Assembly: GCA_963792585.1 (NCBI GenBank) | Contig: CAWBWI010000004.1 | Location: 64,554-128,553, forward strand | Origin: Candidatus Eiseniibacteriota bacterium | GTDB lineage: Bacteria > Eisenbacteria > RBG-16-71-46 > CAIMUX01 > VGJL01 | Direction of reading: 5' to 3' | DNA length: 64,000 nucleotides | Part shown: positions 1-7,729 of the stretch, one piece after another | Position numbering within the stretch: the stretch's first letter is position 1 | How the letters are laid out: every line of letters starts with the position of its first letter | The notes under the pieces: generated by a model | Databases searched by the model: none | Told to the model about the DNA's origin: nothing | The model's input: the letters and a program-made list of their open reading frames with translations, nothing else | Position numbers and translations under genes: made by a program

Positions 1-227
1 AGAGATACGGCCGGGCCGACGGCGATGCGATGGGCCGCCACCAATGCGGCGCCGAGACCGAGCGCCAGGGCAGGAAGATCCAGCAACAGCAGCCAGCCGG
101 TTCCGGGGAGGGTCTTCCGTCGGAGCTTGGGTCGATCGTCCGGACTGACGGTCTGGGTCGGCCTCGTGGGCGAGGACGACCTCGACCCCCGCCCGGGTTG
201 GGCGTGGAACTGCAGATCCCCCAACAC
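1..227 (-). CDS. hypothetical membrane protein, N-terminal fragment (gene runs off the left edge)
   Basis: GTG at 227 lies 3 nt after GGAGG (revcomp of 231-235). The frame is open to position 1; it is absent from the ORF track because there is no stop in the window. Hydrophobic stretch GWLLLLDLPALALGLGAALVAA and GC3-rich codons. Confidence 0.35.
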   Translation of the reverse strand, partial: MLGDLQFHAQPGRGSRSSSPTRPTQTVSPDDRPKLRRKTLPGTGWLLLLDLPALALGLGAALVAAHRIAVGPAVS

Positions 228-364
228 AATCCTCCGAATCTGACCCCTCTGACCGAACCGCGCCGATCGAATCCTGCGCTTATCTAGCAGCGGCCCTCGA
301 CCCGACGCAAGGGCAAATGCCTTGGTTGGATTGTCTCTCCCCCACCGGATTCCGTCCAGCCCAA

Positions 365-719
365 CCACCTTGGTTGTGGATCGGAGATTGGTGGTGTTGG
401 ATTGCAGCCCCCTCGCTCTGCTCCGATGGGGGGAACCACAGGAGGGAGGCCGCTTCCGACCGCTTTCCCCCTGTCGTCTTCCATGCGCGACACCGGGGCC
501 GCCATCGCGCGGCCGGGAGCGCCCGCAACGGCGCGTTGCTGGGGCGGAATTCAGGAGGGGAGAGACTCGGCCGCAGGACATCGGCGCCCGGGTCACCCCG
601 GATCCCTGCGGGCCACGAAGAGGGGATATCTTCAGTCTACGTGAAGAACTAACGGGTCGAGGCAGGGAGTGCCCTGCCCCGACTGATCAACACCAATCTT
701 CGATCCACCACCTAGGCGG
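365..719. repeat. imperfect inverted repeat pair (arms 365-400 and 688-719) enclosing ~290 nt of non-coding, hairpin-rich sequence
   Basis: CCACCTTGGTTGTGGATCGGAGATTGGTGGTGTTGG pairs with the revcomp of CAACACCAATCTTCGATCCACCACCTAGGCGG: 29 of 32 positions, including one G-T, with one 3-nt bulge. The right arm covers the stop codon at 712-714. Confidence 0.6.
643..678 (-). terminator. putative intrinsic terminator after the REC-GAF-kinase gene
   Basis: Perfect 7-bp GC stem GGCAGGG/CCCTGCC (661-667 / 672-678) with a 4-nt loop, 34 nt downstream of the stop. On the minus strand it is followed by a weak T-rich tail, CGTTAGTTCTTC. Confidence 0.4.
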
Positions 720-2382
720 CACGCTGCTTCTCGCCGACCCGACGGGCCGCTTCCAAGGAGGGGAGCCAGAAAGAGAACTGCGATCCGCGCCCCTTCTCGC
801 TCGTGATCCAGATCCGGCCGTGGTGCTCCTCCACGATCCCCTTGCAGATGACCAGCCCCAGGCCCGTCCCACCCGCCTTGCGCGTGTTGGATGAGTCGAG
901 TTGCTGGAACTTCAGGAACAGCTTCGGTATGTCCTCGGGAGCGATGCCGATGCCGCGGTCGATCACATCGATGCGGACGCCCTCCGAATCCGGCTCGGCT
1001 CGGACGACGATCTCGCCCGGGTCGGAGAACTTGATCGCGTTCGAGAGCAGGTTGGTCAGCACCTGCACGATCCTCAGTCCGTCGACCCATACGTGCGGCA
1101 GGGAATCCCCGCTCTCGAACCGGATCTCGATCCCCTTCCGGGTCGCCAGACCGCGCATATCGTTGATCGTGGTCTCGATCAGTTCTTCAGGCGCCATTTC
1201 CTCGAAGCTGGTCGAGAGCCTCCCCGACTCCAACTTGCTGAAGTCGAGAATTCCGTTGATCAGTTGTTCGAGGCGCTCCGTGTTCGCCTGGCAAATGTCG
1301 AGAAGCTCCTTCTGTTGCTCCCCCACGGCGAAGTAGGCGGGATCGCCGAGGATCTCGAGGCTCCCCTTGATGGAGGTCAATGGCGTGCGGACCTCGTGGG
1401 AGACGACGGCGACGAACTCGCTCTTTAGGCGGTCCAGCTCTCGCGCCTTCTCATAGGAGCGGACGTTGCGGATCGCGATCGACGCCATTCCCGCGAGCTG
1501 CGGTAGGAGGTCGGGGGTGTCCTCCTCCATCCTGCCCTTCGCCCCGGAGAGGACCGCGATCGTCCCGATCGCCTGATCCTCGAGGAGAAGGGGGACCACA
1601 TAAGCCGGCCGGGGACCGGATCCGCCATCCTCGATGGTCTCCTCGATCGGGCTCTTCATCAGCAGGGCCTTCGCATTCAGGGTCGCCAAGAGCTTGATTA
1701 GCTGCTCGCGCTCGCCGTCGCGCGGCTCGAGCCCCCGATCCACCCAGCACGCGAGTTGGCCGGTCGCCTCATCCAGCAGGAAGAGGAGCCCCTGGTCGGC
1801 AGAGCAGAGGTCGAGACTCCGTTCGACGATCCGGGTCAGCGTCCGCTCGAGCTGCAGGCTCTCGGTAATGTCCTTTGCGATCTCGTAGAGGGTTCGTTGC
1901 CTCGCCCTGGCGGCCTCGGCGATCTTCTTGCGGAACTCGACCTCCTGGCGCTCGCGTAGGGCGAAGGCCCGGCGTTCGAGCGCGCGCGAGAAGGCGGCCT
2001 CGAGTTCGCCGAGCTGGAAGGGTTTCTGCACGAAGTCGTAGGCCCCCTTGCGAAGGGCCTCGATCGCATTGAAGACCGTCGCGTTGCCGGTCAGGAGCAC
2101 GACCGCGATGTCGGGGTCCTTCTCCTTCGCCGCGCGCAGCACGCCGAGCCCGTCGGTTCCCGGCAGGTTCAGGTCCGTCAGAACCAGATCGTACGTCTCC
2201 TCGCGGATGCGACGGATGCCATCGTCACCCGTGCTGGCCAGATCGACGTGGTACGGATATTCAGCGAGGATGTCCGCCAAGAGCTCGAGCACCGGCTCTT
2301 CGTCGTCCACGACGAGGATGTGAGCGCCGGGCAGCGGCGGCGCGCTATCCTCGGATCGAACTCGCAGCATCTCATCCGACAT
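712..2382 (-). CDS. hybrid response-regulator receiver / GAF / histidine kinase
   Basis: ORF 712..2517 trimmed to the ATG at 2382 (MSDEMLRV), 15 nt after the upstream stop. Receiver domain (ILVVDDEEPV, DLVLTDLNLPG, KGAYDFVQKPF), a GAF-like middle, H-box HEVRTPLTSI, and ATPase boxes DRGIGI and GTGLGLVICK. Confidence 0.9.
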   Translation of the reverse strand: MSDEMLRVRSEDSAPPLPGAHILVVDDEEPVLELLADILAEYPYHVDLASTGDDGIRRIREETYDLVLTDLNLPGTDGLGVLRAAKEKDPDIAVVLLTGNATVFNAIEALRKGAYDFVQKPFQLGELEAAFSRALERRAFALRERQEVEFRKKIAEAARARQRTLYEIAKDITESLQLERTLTRIVERSLDLCSADQGLLFLLDEATGQLACWVDRGLEPRDGEREQLIKLLATLNAKALLMKSPIEETIEDGGSGPRPAYVVPLLLEDQAIGTIAVLSGAKGRMEEDTPDLLPQLAGMASIAIRNVRSYEKARELDRLKSEFVAVVSHEVRTPLTSIKGSLEILGDPAYFAVGEQQKELLDICQANTERLEQLINGILDFSKLESGRLSTSFEEMAPEELIETTINDMRGLATRKGIEIRFESGDSLPHVWVDGLRIVQVLTNLLSNAIKFSDPGEIVVRAEPDSEGVRIDVIDRGIGIAPEDIPKLFLKFQQLDSSNTRKAGGTGLGLVICKGIVEEHHGRIWITSEKGRGSQFSFWLPSLEAARRVGEKQRAA

Positions 2383-2396
2383 CGGTTCGTCCCCCC

Positions 2397-3641
2397 TCAC
2401 GCGGCCTTGGCCGCGGCGGCCACGGTGCAGTTGCGGCCGCTGCGCTTGGCCTCGTAGAGCGCGGAGTCGGCACGCTTGAGCAGATCCGAGCCGTTCGCGC
2501 CGTCCGCGGGGAAGCACGCGAGCCCGATGGAGACGGTCAGTTTCTTCCTGCGAGGGAAGATGTGGTCGCCGATCGCCGCGCGCAAACGCTCCGCCGCCAT
2601 GACGGCGTGCTCGGCATCCGCCATCGGCATCAGAACCACGAACTCCTCCCCGCCATAGCGGGCCAGGAGATCGCTCGACCTCCCGAGCTTCCGCAGCAGG
2701 CGCCCCATGTCGGCGAGCACGCGGTCCCCGACCGGATGGCCGAGGGCGTCGTTGATCTCCTTGAAGTGGTCGACGTCGATCATTGCGACGGCGAAAGGCT
2801 GCTGATAGCGACGGCCGCGGTCGATCTCACCCTGCAAGTGCTGCATGAAGTAGCGGCGGTTCCACAGGCCGGTCAAGTCATCGGTGATCGCGAGCCGCTT
2901 CATCTGCTCGTACATGAGCAATCGCTGGATCACGCTGGCCGATTGCCCCGCCACGAGAACCAGCACCCGCAGGTGCTCCTCGTTGAAGATCTTCTGCTTC
3001 GAGTGGCTCAGATTGAGCACGCCGATCAACTCGCCCTGCACGATCAGGGGCGCCGAGAGGAACGAGCCGACTTCGATCCCGGTCTGCCGGCGACCACGGT
3101 GGAGTTCTGAGAGGAGAATCGGCTTCTGTTGCTTGGCGACCCAGCTGGAGAAGCCGAAACCGCTGTCGAAGCGCACATCACCGATCAGATCGACGGTCTC
3201 CCCCTTGCTCGCGGCGACCGAGAGTTGCTTGGTTTCGAGGTCGACCAGGAAGAGGGTCGCGTTTTCGTACGGCACCGCCTGCGCCACGAGCTCGAGCAGG
3301 CGGTCGAGGAGCTTCTGGCGCTCGTCACAGGTCTGCGTGAGCCGCGTGACCTCGTAGAGGACTTCGAGGTCGCCGCCCTCCCGGCTGTCGCTCGACAGCT
3401 TGCTCCTCCGGAGAACCTGAATGATCTTGTTGTGAACGGTGTGGGCGGCTCCCAGCACTTCGCTCGCGCGCTTCTGCGCGGCGGCGTGAGAGACTTGCTC
3501 GACCAGGTTGTCCCGCTCCCGCGCCGAGATCAACCCCTCTTCCTCGAGGAGACGGATCAGACGCTGCTCCCCCTTGCGGAACTTGTCGGTGACATCCTGA
3601 AGCTGTCCCGGTCCGTGACCGTTACGCCGTACCATCCTCAT
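2397..3641 (-). CDS. GAF-GGDEF diguanylate cyclase
   Basis: ORF 2397..3845 trimmed to the ATG at 3641, preceded by AAGGAGGA. GGDEF domain with an intact GGEEF motif and an RSSD (RxxD) I-site 5 residues upstream; the N-terminal half is GAF-like. Confidence 0.88.
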   Translation of the reverse strand: MRMVRRNGHGPGQLQDVTDKFRKGEQRLIRLLEEEGLISARERDNLVEQVSHAAAQKRASEVLGAAHTVHNKIIQVLRRSKLSSDSREGGDLEVLYEVTRLTQTCDERQKLLDRLLELVAQAVPYENATLFLVDLETKQLSVAASKGETVDLIGDVRFDSGFGFSSWVAKQQKPILLSELHRGRRQTGIEVGSFLSAPLIVQGELIGVLNLSHSKQKIFNEEHLRVLVLVAGQSASVIQRLLMYEQMKRLAITDDLTGLWNRRYFMQHLQGEIDRGRRYQQPFAVAMIDVDHFKEINDALGHPVGDRVLADMGRLLRKLGRSSDLLARYGGEEFVVLMPMADAEHAVMAAERLRAAIGDHIFPRRKKLTVSIGLACFPADGANGSDLLKRADSALYEAKRSGRNCTVAAAAKAA

Positions 3642-3744
3642 CCTCCTTCGTTCAGGCGGACCTCCTGCATCCTGCGTTCCCCATCCTTCGTGAATGGGGT
3701 CGCCCGCCACTTTCTGTGTGCCCCTCTTACGATCGCGTCGCCGC

Positions 3745-4023
3745 TCAGGCGGCCTTCTTCTCCGTCTCATCGTCCGTGATCTGAACCATCCGGATCGGCT
3801 CCGGCAACGGCCGGCTCCCCTGCTCGGCCAGCCTCGGCGCGTCATGCCGCGTCGGGTCGAGGACTCCCCCGATCTCCCGAAGCTCTCGAAGGATCTCCTG
3901 CCGATTGCGCTCCTGATCCCGTCTCGAATCCTTGTTCCGTCCGCCGAGGGCGATCAGGGTCAGTACCGCTCCCACGAGCGCCCCGATGACGGCGGCCAGT
4001 TGCCATGTCCATACACCGGCCAT
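3745..4023 (-). CDS. small single-pass membrane protein, unknown function
   Basis: ATG at 4023 with GAGGAG upstream overlapping the fliA stop. One TM helix (WQLAAVIGALVGAVLTLIAL) followed by a charged tail. No family recognised. Confidence 0.5.
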   Translation of the reverse strand: MAGVWTWQLAAVIGALVGAVLTLIALGGRNKDSRRDQERNRQEILRELREIGGVLDPTRHDAPRLAEQGSRPLPEPIRMVQITDDETEKKAA

Positions 4024-4033
4024 CGAATTCTCC

Positions 4034-4813
4034 TCAGGCCGCCCACATCTTCTTCATCCGGCCCCGCAGGCGGAGGATCGCCTTGGTGTGGATCTGCGAG
4101 ACGCGCGATTCGGAGATGTGCAGGGTCTCCCCAATCTCCTTCAACGTCATTTCCTCGTAGTAGTAAAGGGCGACCACGAGGCGCTCCTGCTCGGTGAGGT
4201 TGTTGATCGACTGGAGTAGGAGCTTCTTGTTCTCTTCCTCCTCGACCAGATTCAGCGCGTCCGGCGAAGCCTCGTCCTCGATCACATCCGCCAGTCCGGA
4301 CAGGTCGTGATCGTCGTCAACGGTGACCGTCTGATCGAGCGAGAGGACGACCGTTCCCCGCACCTCCTCGACCAGCCGCAGCAGCTCGTGTACGGAGATC
4401 TTCATCTCCTTCGCGATCTCGGCCTCACTCGCAGCGCGACCGTATTTCTGATCGAGCGAGCTCGCGACGCGCTCGAGGTTGCGCGCCTTGCGGCGGGTTG
4501 TGCGCGAGACCCAGTCCATGCTCCGCAGCTCGTCGAGGACCGCGCCCTTGATCCGCCAGATCGCGTAGGTCTCGAACTTGGTGCCGCGCTCGGGATCGTA
4601 TTTCTCGAGGGCGTCGAAGAGGCCGATGATCGCGGTGTTGACAAGGTCGTCCTTCTCGATCGACTTGGGCAGCCCCGTCGCGATCCGATCGACCACGTAC
4701 TTCACCAGGGGCGCGTAGCGCCGGAGGGACTCCTCGCGCTTGCGCTCGTGGGGGGGCGCGTCCATCCGGGCAACCTGGTGAGTCAGTCTCGCTAGAGCAT
4801 TCGATTCAGCCAT
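4034..4813 (-). CDS. fliA: RNA polymerase sigma factor, FliA/WhiG (sigma28) family
   Basis: 259 aa with sigma70 regions 2-4. Motifs DLVNTAIIGLFDALEKYDP, YAIWRIKGAVLDELR and the C-terminal HTH LTEQERLVVALYYYEEMTLKEIGETLHISESRVSQIH. Confidence 0.9.
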   Translation of the reverse strand: MAESNALARLTHQVARMDAPPHERKREESLRRYAPLVKYVVDRIATGLPKSIEKDDLVNTAIIGLFDALEKYDPERGTKFETYAIWRIKGAVLDELRSMDWVSRTTRRKARNLERVASSLDQKYGRAASEAEIAKEMKISVHELLRLVEEVRGTVVLSLDQTVTVDDDHDLSGLADVIEDEASPDALNLVEEEENKKLLLQSINNLTEQERLVVALYYYEEMTLKEIGETLHISESRVSQIHTKAILRLRGRMKKMWAA

Positions 4814-4846
4814 GAGTCCTCCCGCAGCGGTATTGCGTCTTGTGCT

Positions 4847-5767
4847 CTACGCCTGGAGCAGTCCCCGAATGGGGACCTCAGGCTGGTTGCCGATCATCGG
4901 AATCTCGTCGAATCCCCCGGGGATCGCGGTGTCCTCCGGGTCCGGTGTGAGGCTCTCCATCCAGTTCTTCGCGAGAAGCTCGATGCAGCGGGCGGCGGCC
5001 GATCCCGGGCACGAGCGAAGGAGTGGCTCTTGCTTGCGGACCGCCGTGGAAACGGTCGCATCGTCGAGGACCCACCCCAGGAAACGTGGCTCGATCGTGA
5101 GGAAGCGACGGGCGGTCTCGCGGATCCGCTCGGCTGTCAGTCTCGCCTCGCGGGCGCTCTCCGCGTGGTTGACGACGATCCAGGGCTGCGCGGCGAGCTT
5201 CTTCGAAGCGAGAACCCGGAAACAGGCATAGGCATCGGTGAGCGCCGTCGGCTCCGGGGTCGTCACGATGAGGATGTCGTCGGCGGCGCGGGCCAGGTGG
5301 AGGGTCGTGCGGTGGATGCCGGGGGCCGTGTCGAACAGGATCAGGTCCATGCCTTCCTCGACTTCGCTCACGCTTTGCAGCAGACGCTCGCAGCGGAGGT
5401 CGTCGAGGTCGGCCATCTCGGGGACGCCGGAAGCTCCCGGCAGCAGATTGATCCCGTCCGGAGTGCGAACCAGGACCTCTTGCGCCGTACGCTCCCCCAA
5501 GACGATGTCGTAGAGGGTGTGCCGCGGGATCATCCCGAGGTGCAGATCGAGATCCGCCATCCCCAGGTCGCCGTCGACCACCAGGACCTTCTGGCCCCGC
5601 CTGTGAAGAGCGATCGCCAGGTTCGCGACGATCGTCGTCTTGCCGACCCCACCCTTCCCGCTCACGACCGCAAGGCTGCGTGAGCGCGGACGGCTCGACC
5701 GGATACGTTCGCTCCCCTTCGCTCGGATGACCCGGAACCCCGCGGTGCGGTCGTTCTGCTTTGCCAT
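4847..5767 (-). CDS. flhG: MinD/ParA-family ATPase, FlhG (YlxH)-like
   Basis: ORF 4847..5845 trimmed to the ATG at 5767 (GGAGG upstream). Deviant Walker A SGKGGVGKTT. It sits directly upstream of fliA, as in flhF-flhG-fliA loci, but no flhF is adjacent. Confidence 0.8.
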   Translation of the reverse strand: MAKQNDRTAGFRVIRAKGSERIRSSRPRSRSLAVVSGKGGVGKTTIVANLAIALHRRGQKVLVVDGDLGMADLDLHLGMIPRHTLYDIVLGERTAQEVLVRTPDGINLLPGASGVPEMADLDDLRCERLLQSVSEVEEGMDLILFDTAPGIHRTTLHLARAADDILIVTTPEPTALTDAYACFRVLASKKLAAQPWIVVNHAESAREARLTAERIRETARRFLTIEPRFLGWVLDDATVSTAVRKQEPLLRSCPGSAAARCIELLAKNWMESLTPDPEDTAIPGGFDEIPMIGNQPEVPIRGLLQA

Positions 5768-5825
5768 TTGCCTCCCCCTCGATCGGCCTGCGACGGGTTG
5801 CCGTCGCGGCCAGGCCAGGGGGAAA

Positions 5826-5841
5826 TGCAATCGGCATGCCC
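5826..5841 (-). promoter_or_regulatory. candidate sigma54 (-24/-12) promoter for flhG-fliA
   Basis: The minus strand reads GGGCATGCCGATTGCA, i.e. GG-N10-GC with a TTGCA -12 element, ~60 nt upstream of the flhG ATG. An AT-richer tract lies at 5861-5910, and an NtrC-family activator gene is immediately upstream. Confidence 0.45.
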
Positions 5842-6251
5842 GCAAAAAGCGCGGGGCGGAGAATTGTGGATGTTTCGTATCCCCCTATGTAGAAGTTCTT
5901 TATGGAGGACACCTCGTGTGCGACAGGAAGACCCCACGGCGCCGCCGCCGGCCCACCGATCAGGTGCTGACCACCGCTGGTAAGAAATCAACCGGCCCCT
6001 GGGGAATCTCCACAGGTTTCCCGCAGGTTTCCGGGGCTGGGCAGAACAGGGTCGGGCCCATGAATGGTCCCTGACGATGGACAGGAAGATCGAGCTCTCG
6101 GGGTCGGCCACGACGGTGCGGGACCGTTCGATCGAGTCGCATGCGGTTCAGCCAGCCTATGAAGGGTGAGGTCTGGAAGGGTGCCGGTCTCGGGATCGGC
6201 ACGGGTCTCCGTTTCGGTGCCGGGTTCGGCGCCGGCGACTCTTCGGAGTGT

Positions 6252-6299
6252 GCGTTGGCGTCAGCGTCAGCGTCGGCGTCTACGTCTGCGTCCGCGTCA
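6252..6299. repeat. hexanucleotide tandem repeat (GCGTCN) x7-8
   Basis: GCGTCA GCGTCA GCGTCG GCGTCT ACGTCT GCGTCC GCGTCA at 6258-6299, preceded by a degenerate GCGTTG. It lies ~25 nt downstream of the ntrC-like stop, in the 555-nt gap before flhG. Confidence 0.85.
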
Positions 6300-6322
6300 G
6301 TGCCTGCGCGCCGGCCCGCAGC

Positions 6323-7729
6323 TCAGTCCGCGCCTTCCTCCTTCATCTTGGCGCGTAGGGTCTGACGGCTGATCCCCAGCGCCTCAGCGGCCTTGGTCTT
6401 GTTCCCGCCCACCCGCTCGAGGGTGTGTAGGATCGCGGCCCGCTCGATCTCCTCGAGTGTGGGCAGGCGATCGTCGCCGGGGCTGAGCCCCGCCGCCTCA
6501 CGCCCTCCGCGCGACGCCGTTGGGCCTGAAACCACGTGGGGCGGGAGATGCTCCGGGAGGACCTCCTCCCCGGCGGTCATCAGGACGAGTCGTTCCATCA
6601 GATTCCGCAACTCGCGGACGTTCCCCGGCCAGGAATAGCCGATCAGGAGTTCCATCGCCCTCCGGGAGACTCGCCGCACGCCCCTCCCGAGCTCTCGCGA
6701 GAACTGATCCAGGAAGTGCTGCGCGAGAACCGGGACGTCTTCGGGTCGATCGCGCAGCGGCGGCACCAGGACCGGAATCACGTCGAGGCGATAGTAGAGG
6801 TCTTCACGGAATCGGCCCGACTCGACTTCTGCGAGGAGGTCCTTGTTGGTGGCGGCGATCAGACGAACCTGCACCCGCACGTCGACCGTCGACCCCAGCT
6901 TGCGAAACGACTTGGTCTCGAGCACGCGCAGGAGCTTCGCCTGCATCGAGAGGGGCATTTCTCCGATCTCATCGAGAAAGAGGCTCCCACGATCGGCCAG
7001 CTCGAAGAGACCGCGCTTGCTGGAACGCGCGTCCGTGAACGCCCCCTTCTCGTACCCGAAGAGCTCCGACTCGACGAGGTTCTCCGGCACGGCGCTCACG
7101 TTGAAGTCGACGAAGGGACCCGCCGCGACGGGACTCATGGTGTGGATCTGCCGGGCGATGAGCTCCTTGCCGACCCCCGTTTCCCCACGGATCAGGACCG
7201 TCGAGGTCGGCGAGGCCGCCGCCCTCCGCACATGCTCGAGCAGCGCCTGCGTCGGCGGACTCGGCCCGAAACGCACACTCGTGCTGAAGACCTTTTCCTG
7301 CTGCTTGCGCAAGACCTCGACTTCCCTCCGCAACCGGGAGGTCGAGAGCGCGGATGCGATCAAGAGCTTCAACTGATTCACGTCGAGAGGCTTCGTGATG
7401 TACTGGAAGCACCCCAGCTTGGTCGCCTCGACCGCCGACTCGATTCTTCCATAGGCGGTCATCATGATCGTCACGACGTCCGGATGCCGTTTCCGGATTT
7501 CGCGAAGCACCTCGATCCCGTCCTCGCCGGACTCCTTGAGCTTTTGGTCGAGAAGGACCAGGTCGATGACCTCGGACGCAAGGGCGGCGAGAGCGTCGTC
7601 CCCGTTCGCCGCGGTCAGCACAATCGTGGAGTCATCGGAGAGCGCCGCGGCGAGGGATACGCGGATCGACTCCTCGTCATCCACGATGAGCAGACGGTGC
7701 TCCATTTCAGGGATCTCTACGTCGCTCAC
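6323..7729 (-). CDS. sigma54-dependent response regulator (NtrC/FleR family)
   Basis: 468 aa. Receiver (LLIVDDEESIR), AAA+ sigma54-interaction domain (GETGVGKELIA, ESELFGYEKGAFTDA, WPGNVRELRN) and a C-terminal Fis-type HTH (NKTKAAEALGISRQTLRAKM). Confidence 0.92.
   Translation of the reverse strand: MSDVEIPEMEHRLLIVDDEESIRVSLAAALSDDSTIVLTAANGDDALAALASEVIDLVLLDQKLKESGEDGIEVLREIRKRHPDVVTIMMTAYGRIESAVEATKLGCFQYITKPLDVNQLKLLIASALSTSRLRREVEVLRKQQEKVFSTSVRFGPSPPTQALLEHVRRAAASPTSTVLIRGETGVGKELIARQIHTMSPVAAGPFVDFNVSAVPENLVESELFGYEKGAFTDARSSKRGLFELADRGSLFLDEIGEMPLSMQAKLLRVLETKSFRKLGSTVDVRVQVRLIAATNKDLLAEVESGRFREDLYYRLDVIPVLVPPLRDRPEDVPVLAQHFLDQFSRELGRGVRRVSRRAMELLIGYSWPGNVRELRNLMERLVLMTAGEEVLPEHLPPHVVSGPTASRGGREAAGLSPGDDRLPTLEEIERAAILHTLERVGGNKTKAAEALGISRQTLRAKMKEEGAD

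Noticed and set aside
240-711. The structured non-coding region as RNase P RNA, tmRNA, SRP RNA, or a cobalamin, TPP, glycine or c-di-GMP riboswitch.
   Set aside because: None of the hallmark strings I checked is present on either strand: GGAAAGUCCGGGC, the tmRNA 5' GGGG..UUCGACGGG and 3' T-arm, the SRP GGAAGCAGCC, the B12-box GCCACUG, or the TPP CUGAGA. It remains unexplained rather than assigned.
6141-6365. A Gly-rich/(Ala-Ser)n 74-aa plus-strand ORF.
   Set aside because: It is created by the GCGTCN hexamer repeat and overlaps the 3' end of the ntrC-like gene. It has no RBS and is low-complexity.
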